Source: Bugula neritina (Eukaryota > Animalia > Bryozoa). Taken from it: a DNA stretch of 64,000 nucleotides. The notes beneath the pieces were generated by a model. That model was not told the origin of the DNA and searched no databases. It saw nothing but the letters and a program-made list of their open reading frames with translations. The translations under genes and the position numbers were made by a program. The number at the start of each line of letters is the position of its first letter. The first letter of the stretch is position 1. The stretch covers positions 24,613,504 to 24,677,503 of the forward strand of contig OZ037765.1 of assembly GCA_964035545.1 (NCBI GenBank), written 5' to 3'. Shown one piece after another: positions 12,444 through 26,100 of this stretch.

Positions 12444-14905
12444 ATGGAGTTCCGTGGGCTCATATTCATATTATTGCTAGAAAGCTTTTTCTTTATCAAC
12501 TGTGAAGCCCAAGCCCCTGTATCGGAACCTTTGAGTTTGACTACAGCTGTTGCTCTTGGAACTCCGACTCGCACTTCTAATTCTGGTAATGTGTCTTTGA
12601 TATCAGCAGATGAACACAAAACTGAAGCAGTGAGTGTTCGCTTGAACTCTGAATCTTCTGTAAGCTCTTGTGATAAGTTGAAGGTAAGCTAAGGCTAATG
12701 CTATGTCAGTATGTGTTGGGTATCGAGTAATCGACATCTTACTCTTAGTCTTACGACGTACTTGTTTCACTAACTTGAGTTTTGATGTATTCCAGCAAGT
12801 GAGCATACTGATACACGTAGTTTTTTTACCACATCGGTATTATTATTTATAATACTATTAGTATTGTTACTACTATGAACAAATATTTTAGCGTGGTTAT
12901 AATTTTAACTTCACGTTCAACTAGTACACTATTTTAAGTTTTTATTCATGATTAAAATACTAATATGCTTATAGGGCTGATCATTTTTATATAATATTAA
13001 TAATGATTATTATAAATATAACACAGTTAAACTTAATGTGATTGTGGGTGAAGGATTATCATTACTGTAAATGGTAAATGGTTAAGATTAATTATTTCTA
13101 TGCTAAAAGTAAAAGTTAAAGCTTAAGTCTAGGAAACACTGACAAGAAATTCTTTAACTTACTTTACGTGTCAACTTCAAATCGATGTTTATGTAATTAA
13201 TCAAGGGTACAACTTCAAAGATGGAGTGTGTGCACTTCGAGGCAAAAGGGAGTGAAGAATTTCAAAAAATAAAATTTTAAATTTTATGTTGTTTTGCTAA
13301 ATAAGGTATGCAGATTATTCTGTTGTATATATTCTCATTTAATTTTAGGTTTCTTCATATACTGTATGCTCATCAGGCAATCGGATGTACCAGCTACTTA
13401 AATATGATGTTAATCAAGAGAATATTCTTTCAGAGTGTTATAAAGGTAATTATTCCCTACAATTTTACAATTGTTTGTATGCGTCACATTTTATTACATA
13501 TAACCTTATAAAAATGAATTCACATATCTCTATAGGCATCATAGTTTGTCAATTATGTTATAAATATTAAATTTGTTATGTCAAACCAATTTTCTTTCTT
13601 TCTGCTTTCAACAGCCTGCAATGAATCTTATTCCACTGCAAATGACTTGATTTCCTGTGAAGTTGGTTGCCGATCAGGAGTCCAAGATGATGAGCAAAGA
13701 CAAGCAGAGGTATGAAATTAATAAAAGCACATATAAGCAAGTACAGATATTTGGTGCTCATACTTTTCAGCAGTGCTGAAGGTTGGCACGCACAGTGAAG
13801 ATGCAGTGGACTACACACAGCTGAAAACACCAACAAAGCACACTGTTGTTTGTTGCTCTAAATTATTGCAGTCACAGCTGCAAATTGATAAGAAAACTAT
13901 TTCCACACTAAGTGATTACTAAGTAATAGTAAAACAGTTTAACATGTTTATTAAATTGAGTTTATTTATATCACAGGTGATTATTCTAAAATAATTTTCA
14001 ATTTTTCAATCCGATGACCAACATAATCGGTTACTATATTAGCTAATGATATTTGCTGCAATATTGAATATTATCTGTTTAGCCACCTAAGCACTTATGT
14101 GCGCTCAAAATTTATTTTCAGATAATGAACTTCAGATCACAGGCGTATTCTCTGCTTAACGAGGTCAGGATGCAGCAGATGTTCTCCCATTGGATGTTTG
14201 AAATGTTGGCTGGGTTTGACATGTTTAATGATTGGTACGATTCCGAATTGAATACTGAAACTGCTAATACTGTTTCTACTTACATAATCGTAGAGCAAAT
14301 AGATGATCAACTGAAAATTAGCAGCTACCAGTTTGATAGACTCAAACTGACCACGGATTTTTCAACTGGCACGCCAGATGGTAAATTTATTTTCAGTATA
14401 TTTTATACTATATCATTTAATTGTAATAAAATCTGCAGCTGGTTTATGTTTTGGGCACTACTTGGTATACTTGCATTATTTTAGAAGTTGGACCAGTGAA
14501 TCCATATGTGGAATCAAAGAATAAGAAATATGAATCTTGTTACTCTGCAATCAGTTACCCGCGGTTGATTGTCTGCCTGCTTCTAATGAGTTCAGGTGTA
14601 TTCCTAGTGTGGCTAATCTGTAGCACTGTGAAAACTGCACCCAAACAGCGTTTGAGACCAGAGAGTCTCTCTCAGGTATTTGTGAACATGATAGAGGCTA
14701 AATTGCTCGTCAGTCATATGTTGCTGAGCAGAATTGATTGTAAACTAATTGCCATCATTTTATTGTTCAGCTGTTCTTTTGGTTGCAGGAGGAGTTGGAA
14801 GACAAAAAGATCTTGTTGAAAGTGATGGTTGCTAAGAATTCTCTTGGACCTGTCCCAGTTCATTCCAAGAAATCACCTGAAGATGATAAAATGCTTCTAG
14901 CTTAA
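12444..14905 (+). CDS. TMEM59: TMEM59/TMEM59L (BSMAP) family type I membrane protein
   Basis: Exons about 12444-12683, 13349-13445, 13615-13709, 14122-14380, 14485-14675, 14789-14905. Signal peptide; 'ECYKACNESYS...SCEVGC' Cys pattern; 'STYIIVEQIDDQLKISSYQ'; TM followed by 'WLICSTVKTAPKQ...ESLS', matching TMEM59 (WICCATVATAVEQ...EKLS). Confidence 0.8.
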
Positions 14906-15290
14906 CTTATTCTGCAGCTGAAAATGACTTCATTTGTGTAATAGTTATCGTTATTATTTTTGTGCAAATCATTGTGATAAGTATGAAGAAGCACCAGTCT
15001 TGGAGTTGATAAAAGTATCAAGCAAAGATATATAATTTATTGTATGTTGCAAATTTTGTCTTGCATAGCTAACATGGATTTGTTTTGTCAAATTAAATTC
15101 TCAGAGTAGCCTATGTTTACACTTTTAGTTTTAGAGGTGATATATAACTAACTAACCATTCCATTTCAACTTCTTTTCATATTCTATACCAACATCATAA
15201 ATGTGTCACACCCTTTCAATGATAATTTATATATCTCTTATGTCTTATACTATCACAAGTATAATGCGGTGAATGCATAATCATAATTGT

Positions 15291-17379
15291 TTATTGTGTC
15301 AATGATTCACCCCAATGAGCATCTCCATCATCTTCGCTCTCTTTCTCTACCTGCAATCAAATTTCTGACATGACAATTGGTTCGATATGCTTGGAGTTAT
15401 TGAATCTTGTTATCATTTCATCATAATTTGGAAAGTTGCCCGTCAGGTAAATGTACTTACTGCTTGGCTATTTGTTGAATCTATTTGAGAGCTTCTCCAT
15501 CTCTGGATCAACTCACCCCAGAGCAGATTTCTTGAACATATTTTGCAATCACCAGCTACAGGCAGCAGCTCACCTTGAGAACCTTCTTGTATAAGAAAAT
15601 CTTCAGCAATGCAGGTCATGTGACTTATCATAGAACAGTCTGTACTGGTGCATTGCAGCAGCTGACTCCTATCCTGCCATAATATATGCTGTGATGTACA
15701 TAAATTATTATCAATTAATGTGCCTGGCAAGTAAATATTACTCGTACAACTTTTATAATGAGCAACAATGGTTTTGGAGTCAGCTGATCTCTGTGGTTGT
15801 ATTGGTATTGTGTGGGCTTGCGATTAGGTAACTATTTTGATGAAGTAAATTCTCAAAAAATATTATGACAGATTATATACCCACAAAATATCTAAAGTAA
15901 CAGGTTTCACTTTACCTTGATGGACTTTTCACAATAGATGCAGTTCACTGTCACTCCAGAATGCTTTTTCTTTTGATTAGTTGTGCCAGCAGTCAGTTTC
16001 ACAGGACCGTATGTGATGGCCATGTGTGTGGGAGGCTGCAGGTCAAAATTAAATTCTCTTGTATACTCTTGGTTAAGCCATCTTGAAAGAATGGGGTTTG
16101 ATAATTCTTAAAGTTTGCAAAAAATCAATAGCTTTAAATATGCAGCAGCAAAATTATTCTGGAAAATTCTACATTAGCACTTACAATGTAGTACAGTTCT
16201 AGTGCAATAAGTTTACTTTTTACCTAACCAATTATGATGATGTGTTGAAATCAGCTGTGAATAAAATATTTGATTCAAAAAACAATAATATTCAATTACA
16301 ACAAGAAAATATTTTCAAATTATTATGTTAATTTTCATTTTCAAAAATATTTGAAGTTGTCTTCAATTTTAGGAACAAAACAATTTTTAACCTAACAAAA
16401 TGCAAAGTTGGTAAAACTGAGAATTTTTATGTACAGTAATTAATTCAAAAGTTGTTAGAAAAATTTATACTGTTCTTCAAAATTGAAATTATTTTTTCAA
16501 AAACTCAATCCAACTGTTTAATTACAAGTATTTAGCGCAAGGTAAGTTTTTCTAATCATTGTTTATGTTTACACAATTATTGTAAATACCCTTGACAAGA
16601 AATCTTAAGAAAGTTGCCTAAGTGATCTACAAAATAGAAGGCAGTGAAGGGCAATTTAAATCTATAGACCACTTCAAGTGGCTAGCAAACTGATACTTAA
16701 GTAGATAATTAATATATTAAACTACTGTAGCTAAAGCAACCATTTCCTTTGCAGTAGAATCATAAAATATAACAGTAAGCTAAGACTTATACATTTGAAA
16801 CAACCATTGCTGATTATATAACGAAATATTTACAAATCTCATTACAGCTAGAGAGTCAACAGCAGGATAAATTTCTTTTATCCAATAAGAAAGCTCACCT
16901 GATGGTAAGAGGAAGTCTATTCCATGGACCTACTCGTAACATCTCTGACAAAATTAAGAACCGATAGTTAAACCCTTTCATTCTAGAATGCTTGGCAGTG
17001 ACATCTTTCAACTTTGTAGACTTTTGAGGGTGCTGCCATGCCCACTCAAACTAAAAACAAAAATATATTAATCTTATGATTTATACTAAAGTAAACTCTA
17101 TAGCAAACAACATTTATAATGAGGTTATGGGTATATTTTAATTATATGAGTAACCTGTAGAGCACTAATTTTGCTTGGAAATCCATGAATAATTAAAACC
17201 ATATCCCATGGACCCTTGCCGGAAGTTCTCCATGCACCACCTTTTAATCGGCCAACATTGTGTTGATTACATCTCCGATCAGGATTCACAGTGAATCCTA
17301 TATATGTCCATCCTTTATACTTGGGGTTGGCAGATACAAGGAGATAACACCCAAAAAACTTGTTAGCACTGTGTGCCAT
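15291..17379 (-). CDS. SLX1: Structure-specific endonuclease subunit SLX1 (GIY-YIG + RING)
   Basis: Exons about 17155-17379, 16899-17050, 15916-16081, 15461-15673, 15291-15350. Motifs [52 protein letters not shown] and the RING 'CIYC...CTSTDC...HMTCIA...CKIC...WGELI'. Confidence 0.95.
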
Positions 17380-17599
17380 AACATCTCTTTAATGATTAAT
17401 ATTCAATCAACCTAAAAGTAAAACATAAATAATAAAATATATAAACAAACCAGTAAGCTTTTTGAAATTAATTGAACCAAAATATGTTGAGAACAAGTTT
17501 GTCCTTAAAATCCATAATAGGTTTCTGGCTTACTTTTAACCAAATGGAGTTTGTTTCCACTAAACTCACGAATTCTTAACAATCAGCCCAATCCAGATT

Positions 17600-18030
17600 T
17601 TTAACTTAGTGTCGCTAAATCTATTAACCTTACTAACTCAAAGTCTAAGTCACTAAGTGAATCAAAATGACGATGAGAATCAGTCATTATCTAACTATTA
17701 GTATTACTACTACTATTAGAATAAATAATAAATATGACTATTACTATTAGTAGTACTATTACTACTAATATTAGTCATTCAATCACAATCACAATCAGAC
17801 CAATCACCAATGACCAATGTCATCAGTTCACTATTGGTATTGGAACGTTGCAGCGACGAAAATCAAAAGAAAGGTTTAAAAAATAAACTATTAAAACTTC
17901 TATAACTTTTGCCTCTACATGGTACAATTGGTATCTAAGCCCAACATAATGGTAGAGGTTGCAACTACGGTTTTGATCGTCACAGTTTAAGTTATGATCA
18001 TGATGATCATAATATTCATAATGATGAGGC
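17600..18030. repeat. TNA-lattice/ACT-rich low-complexity island around the SLX1 5' end
   Basis: tca aaa tga cga tga gaa tca gtc; (TAC/TAT)n; tga tca tga tga tca taa tat tca taa tga. Confidence 0.65.
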
Positions 18031-20184
18031 ATTCAAATGTTGTACAGGACGCATAATACATATTGTAAAATAGGACTCGCTTAGCAGCTCCTACATTTAT
18101 ACGAGTTATCTTCTCTTATGTGAAAAGTCCGCACCTTGCTGCAGAACTGATTTGCAGTACAAACATATAAACCATTCGACATCCTAATCATAAAACTATT
18201 TACGAATATTAAAAAGTGCTTTATACCATAAAACATTTTCTATATTGTAGTATCTATACTTTATCTTCTGAAACACTGTTATACACATATATCATTTGCA
18301 AAGTAGGCTATATAGCCTACTTATAGCTATCAATTAAAAAACAATTTATTATACAGGAATTATCAAACAGTTTTCCAAAAATCTTGCCAAATGAGTTGAG
18401 TTAAAACCTGTTGATTATTATTCTGACTCTTTCCTAAATTTATTGATTGCTCACTTGCCAAGTATTGCTGTGTCATGTATTGATGCATACAAGTTTGTTT
18501 AAAGGCAAAAGCATTGTGAGAGTCTGCTTCAGATGAAAAAGTTGTTATAGACAAACTATATCTTTACCATGCTGCCAACATATGGCTTGTCAACTAAAAC
18601 TGAGGCAGGCAAAGACTTTAATTTTTGTTCAGCATGGGCTCATATTACACAACTACTTGGCATGCATCTGGGTTCAGAACACATTTGCTTCTTTTTGTAG
18701 TATAGTACAACTTCCTGTGCTATCAGAAAAAAAAAACTTTTCGAAAAACTTCCTATTCTATTCTCATCTTACCTCTGCTATGTTTTTAAGCTATTGGTTA
18801 GCCACAATGTGTTATGTTATCTGGCTGCTCCTAATTCATATATAGTGAGTAGATGTAGATTATGCAAAAAAAATTTCCCTGTAGATTTTCTAGCTTACAG
18901 ATATTTTTGACTTTATTTTTGAAAATAGAAACTGCATGTATAGAAATCCTTATATATTTAAATTAGTAAGTTATATATATTTTCACATATGGAAAAATGG
19001 TTCCAGACTTCAGCTAGATTAGCTGTACTTCCTGCATTCCTCAAATATATATTTTTTTGTTCCAATATCAGTTATGGAAACTTTATTAGAAAATAGAACT
19101 TTGAGCAATAAAAACATTTTGCAATGTTTTTTTTCAAGAAGCATCAAAATACAAATTAGCATGACATGATATCTGCAATGCTCTACAAAAAAACCAGCAT
19201 GACTAAAAGTGGCATCAGCATCCACAGCCTTGACTAAATTTGTATAAAGCACAGTTTTTTAGACTCTAAACTTTGATCAACAAACTCAAAAACAATTATG
19301 TACATATTAGTATTGTAGAGCACTTAAAACAGGTTTAAAAAATTTCTATCCATACTATTTTTGAGATGAACTGCTTTAAAGAGAGGACAACTTCCCTTAG
19401 AGAAGTTTGTTGACGAACCCAAGAAGCAGACAACATTTTCACATTACCAAGAGTAAAAATGAGAAGGCATAATAGTGAGCAGCGAGATCACTGATAAAGT
19501 TAATTGGTCAAATTCCTTTGCATTTCAACTGCTATAAATACTTCAGTTTTAATTTTTCATAGCCTATCAACACTAGCATTGTGTGAGGGGAAGCAACAAG
19601 CAGCCATCAAATACTATCAGGAGAAACAACTCTTGATGGCGTATGTATATTGTAAACAACGTATATTCTTGAGTTTTCCCTACAAGTTTTATATAACACA
19701 TTGCTGAAACTTTGTTTATTTTACACGTGCAAATGCAAAACTCAGAATGAGCACCACATTTATTACAATTTCTACAAATAAGCAAGTGCAGAGATTAAAC
19801 ATGAATTAAGTTATATCGATTACCAATACAGCAGTATGTTAACAATCACAACAGTAAGGTGCTGACAATGATGAAAAACAAGTAGCAAAACATACATAAT
19901 AAGTTATCATAAAATACATATTCATTAGGCTTATGTTGTAGTTTATACACAATATTTCAGAAATAATAACTAAGCTACAACAACTAAACCTATTGCCATC
20001 AAAATACACATTGAAGTGGTGACAAATCTAAACAGACTAGAAAGCAGAATTATTCTGCATAAATAAAATATTATTACACCATAAAATATGTTACAAATAA
20101 GTTATAAAATTTGTGTACTAAGTAGTGATATAACTAAGTTTATCCAGTTAATCAACAGCACCAACATTAAGCAGAAGATTGTGG

Positions 20185-23100
20185 TTAGTTCAAAGATACA
20201 CAATAGCCTTGGCTTTCTAGGTAAATTAATCTCTTTTCTACTTCTTTTTTGTGGGAGGTAAGTAACCGTCTGTCATGATCAATGGTAGCCATTTCTGCCA
20301 GACTATGCAGCAGTGTTCGTGCACCATTGTACTTCTTGACACACTGTAACCAAGTATTTAATCATTGGAAACAGTAATAACTATATACTGTCCTGAACAG
20401 AGAATACAAAGCATCTCAAGAATATAAAGTCTAAGGCTAAAAAGTCTACACAGCAACACGCTAGTGATATTGTCATAATGCTTATAGGCTACGGACTATA
20501 AAAGGATTCTAATGTAATAAGAAGTTATCCAATTTAGTTGAAGCTTAAACTAGAATTATATTATACTTTAACTGTCATCTCATGTTGAATAATACTAGAA
20601 GCTAGAATGCCATGATCCAAACAGTAGTCAGTGCATTAACTAAACTACAATTAAATAATCACATTCAATCCTTTGACACACTTTGTATGGCACTCATAAG
20701 CTGATGACTCAACCATAATTTAATATTAATTTTGAGCATATAACACAGTTAGTGTTATATTCAATAAAACAATATAAAAAACAAACAAATTATTTTCATA
20801 CTAGTACAAACCTCTGTAGAGTTGCCATGCAATTCATCTATTGCAGCTTGTTGGCACTACAAATACAAGAATATAGACATTTTTATTTACTAATAACAAT
20901 TATCTTTATCGAAGTTTTAATTTCAAAACTTTCTGAGTTTGATGCTTATAATAATTATTCTGTGCTTAGTCTATCAGCCATTTTAGAAAAAACAATGCTC
21001 CGAAAACTTAAATCCTGTTCAAAATTTCTTCTATAGTCACACAATGAAATATAATTGATCATATAAAATTATATTATTTTAGGAGCTGAATTTCCAGGAT
21101 GTTTTCAGCTTAAACTATCACTTCAACATGTTTAACCTGATAGATTATTTGTGTGGCTCCGGCTATATTAACCAACAAGGTAAGAACATAACAAATCACT
21201 TTATGATCACAACTCTTTCGAGAACGGATAGTAGCATTAGAGAAAACAATTATTTTGAGATTGGGGTTGAAACCCTTACATCACCAATAGCAGCATTGGC
21301 AGTATAGAGTAAGCCTTTATTAGTTACACTACCAGGCTAACACTAAAAAGGAAGGCTGAATAGGAAATTTACTAAAAGCTCAGAACACAGGTACTTATAA
21401 GTCTAGAGTCTAGACAATACAAGGGTTCACAACACACTCCTAAGAAAAGTTTAATGCCTAATGTAAGCATATATTTCCATCATAGTATGACTAACACAAA
21501 TAGCAGAAAAAGTTTTAAAATACTACAAACTTTCCAAAAAAACCTGCTGGTAACATATTTGAGAGCTTTTAAATTATTCCACCAGCTCAGCACATGTGTC
21601 ATGCTAGAGCAGCACTTCTTATCAACAAGACTACAACATGAACTATAAACAGCATGGCCTTTCTAATATATGCAGCTGTAGTAGCATGTGGTAATCTTAC
21701 CAAATCAATAGCATGCTCGTATATCAGTTTGTCAGCTGTATTGCTCAGGAACTGCTGGTCCACCCCAGCCCCTTCTGTATCCACTCCTTTTGATTTCAAT
21801 ATTTTACTTTTTGCCAGACATGTGTGATAAAAGCCATTCAGTTCCTTTACAGCTAAAAAATGAATGATTGGTACAGATCAGGTGTAATGGCAGAAGGATA
21901 GAATAACACAATAAAGCTAAAACAATCTTTCTCAATAAAATCTCTCAGTTCAACACTTTACATAAACTATATGCAGATTTATAGTTTGATATGCTGCTAC
22001 TTACTATCTCGGACAGCCTGTGAAGGGTGGAGCTTCTTACTGGTGACCTGGTCTTTGGCAAGTTGGAGTGAAGCAGAAAGCAGCTGAAGAGCTCTTATAT
22101 ATAAAACTAGTTGTTCAATTCTTCTCTGTTTCTCACTCACGAATACCATGCAGCCAGTGAACTTATTAGCGTCACGAGACTCTAGCAATGGTGACATCCG
22201 ACTCTGGGCTAGTTCAACTAAATTCTGGATAACTTTTGCTACAAACTGTAACTTTTGAAGAACATCTTTGTGCTCAGCATTGTGCAATGTCTCATCAGTT
22301 AATTCTGGCACAACAAACATCACAGGGCCTTCCATATTGGGTGGTGATTGGGCATACGGAAAAGCAACCATGTGAGACGAGGATTCAATGTTGGAATGGA
22401 TGCTTGCACTGTTCTCCTTGTCCATAGTGTCTCTGGCAAAGCTAGGCTTACGTAGCAAATCTGCTAACCTATTGCCACTACTATGAGGTTTATGGTGCTC
22501 AATAGAGAAGCTGTTGCTAGTTGTGATTGCCTGCTGATGGACTGACCCTGTCTCGGCAGCGTAATCCTTCAGAGAGCCTTCAGTGTTGGATCTCTGCCGG
22601 GATGTAAACTGCCCTGTAAAAACAGGAAGACTCTCTTTGCTAAATAACACCACTTTGGGTAAACAACGAAATTTAAACTTTATATTTTGATAAAACAATG
22701 GTCTGTATAATATGAACTATTTGAAGTTAAAAAACAATTAGTGAGACATAATCATGAAAAGAAACACACAAATACTCAACAATTAAATTGATGAAACATT
22801 CTTAATAAATTACTGAACAATTAGTTTCTGTTTATTACTTTTATATTATTTGCTTACAGATATTATTTTTATTGTGGAAATTTATTCATGCCTTTACCAT
22901 GTTTATTTAATTTTAAAGTATCTTGCTATAATATCTCAATCTATATCTCGATTATTGAACAAGCCAGTTAATTATATTCTGATTAATAATTTTGCAGAGT
23001 TTTATATATTCAGTTGCAAATAGTATTATTTAAATTCTAAATGAGATAGCAAACACACCAACTTTGTGTAATTTTAATTCAGTTTTATTTCATTGACTTA

Positions 23101-26100
23101 GAGTGAGCAACTCTCAAATACTGTAAGCTGGTAATCCAAGTAGTCAACCGAAGTAACACATAAATCACAGCAACATTTATTTGTAACCTTACCTTTGTAG
23201 TTTGGTGGTGTTCCCATATGAAATGTTATGTTAGGCGGAGTGATAGAGCCAATGTCAATATTAGAAGACGACTCCGAACTGCGCCGAGAACGAGGCGAGC
23301 CAACCTGACTGTGACGTCTAAACCTGCCGGGACTGTTCGGCGAAATGGCAGCGTGACGGGCTGTGATGTTTGTAACTGGAGGTGAGCCGCTGCCAGAGTG
23401 GCGGGTTGGGGCAGCGAGGTTTCGAACTGGAACGGGAAGGGGGGACGAGTCTACTACAGGTAAGCTTACAGGACGATCAGAGGAAACAGGTTTCACCTGC
23501 TGACCAATTCTTCCTTGCTCCACATTGCCCAAAACCTCAAAGTCTTTCTACAAGTTTTCAAAAACTATTTCATATAATTATCATAGATTTACCAAAATAT
23601 ATCGCCCATGTGAATATAAATCAGCAACATATAATCCAAATATGAATGTGAATATTATACAAATATGTGCGATTATAGTAATTTCAAAAGTGAATGTGGG
23701 CCTACATTAAACAACATTTATAATATAACATACAATTAAATGTTTATATTTGATCAGAAAGCTATACAACAGTTTAGTATAGTCTAACTAACCTCTGTGT
23801 TTTTATTCTGAACAGCACGTTGAAGTGGAAGTTTGGAGTTGTCTGTCTGTTGAGCTGGGAGCAGTCTTTGCCGATTGGCTTCTGTTTTGTCAGCCATCAC
23901 AGGCTCAGCTGTCGCCCTGCCTTTCCTCTCTTCTGCAACTCGAGATGTCGCAGAAGATGGTGCAGAAGCATTTGTTTTCACTTTAGAATATTTCGTCACA
24001 AAAGGATGGTTAAAGAATGCAGTAAACTCTATTCTGTCAACAGAGTTCCGTTTCAATAATCTACAAACATAAACAGAGTTGTTGCATCCTTTGTGATAGG
24101 AGAACATCAAAGTTTAGATACACATTCTAAATACAGGATACAAATTAGCTAAGTAGCCTCAGAGTGATAATAAAGACTTGAGAATATGGAAATTCACTCA
24201 ACCTGACGATAAGATCTTTCAGCAACGAGGAGGTGCCACTTGGTATGATTGGCTGCAGATTACGATTTTTCTCGTAGTAGCTCTTTAGCTGTGGGGGAGA
24301 GTCAGCGTGGAACGGACCCCTACCAGTGAGGCACTGATAGACAATAGTGCCGATGCTCCACAGGTCTGCCTTCGCATCATACCTCTGCGACATGAGAACC
24401 TCTGGGGCCATGTACATTGGAGACCCGCACAAAGTAGCAGCCATTACACCGGCTTCCAGAAATCTCGCAAACCCAAAGTCAGCTGAAGTGCAAAATATAA
24501 CTCTTAATCAGCAGAGAAACATTACATGTTAAAATGGCTGACTTATAATTTTTTGAATATTAAATACTAGACTAGTTACTTTATTTGAAGTCAGTGACCA
24601 TGAGAAGTTACTAGATTGTCTATCATAGTAAATGTTTATAGTTGAATCAGTTTAACAGCTGTAGACTCGAAAATGCAAAACTGTGTGTTAGTGAAAAAAG
24701 GGTCTACATATTTATTTCATGAAACTTGTAAATGGTCTCTGGTGAACAGGCTTTAGAGGAATTTAACTATAAAAGTGCCTACCAAGTGAATTCTATTAGT
24801 ACTTAGTGATGTCACATAGCACATCATACAAACTACTAGAACATACACCAATAGGCAAGACTCTGGCTAAAAGCAACAATTGATGTTTCAGGGAATTAGC
24901 TGAGAACAGAATTATTGACCATTGATGCTAATATGAATAACATGTTATGATTGTCCAGCTATTATTAGTAAGCTAGCTAGTTGGGCTATTGATTCTAAAC
25001 TTCCAACGCATTACTGTGTTTAGAGTACATTCAAACAATCCAAAGTCATAATATTGGAAAGATAATATTCATTGAAAGTAGCCAACTTGCATAATATGTG
25101 GATATTTGGTGCCTAATGCCTATCATAATAGATTACATAAGGTAGCTCACTATTTACATTCACAATACTACACACATTGAACTATAACTATAAACAGTTA
25201 TAGTTCAATGTCTGAAGTTTTAGTTCATTGACTACACCCTTGTTACCTTAGGTTCTGTTTTGTATAAAGAGTAACCAAATTTCATTAAGAGAAAATGGTA
25301 AGCTTAACTCAATTTTAATATTAACAAAAAAAAACCATTTAAATATTAATTACAGCACAGAAAGATAGGCAGCAACAGTCAATATAAGATGTCTCACCTA
25401 TTTTTATTTTGATTTCACTAGGTTTTCGGTTGTAAGCAGATGGATAGGCAAGCAACAGGTTATGGGGCTTAATATCTCTGTGAACAATTCCTTTAGTATA
25501 TAAGGCCTCCATTGCTGCAGCTACAATAGTTTTGAATATATTATTAGTTAGAATATAAAACAGTGGTTCAATCTACTGGGTAGCAAGCTAGCCACCAGGT
25601 AACAAAGCTACACAGGGACAGAACCAAGCACTCGGTATTTATAAACTTTTTGAAATATTGAAACACAACTAGCCGATGTAATGTAAATGTATTGAGTGTA
25701 ACTGACTTTATAGGCTCAAAAATTCTTTCCTAATGCTGATGATACTTCTATGAATCTAGTTACATTAAAGATGAGATTAAAAAACCTAAAACAATACAAG
25801 CTTAGGAAAATTGAGAGTGCTGCTTTGATCATTCTTCATGAAAGTAAAGTAATCACATGGTAAATATAAAGAGTATGGGTATTGAGCAAGACTTGTGACT
25901 CATTATTTCACTGTAGGTTAACATTAGAAGTTACTATTCTGACAAGCAATATGAACGAAATCAATCAATATTACACTCAACACACTTACGATACACTATT
26001 GACGCAACATATCTGGCAGTAATGATTCAGCTGAACAGACACATGTTAGAATCTCATGAATAATATTGGAAATGCTGTTTATATTCCAACAGCATGTCAA

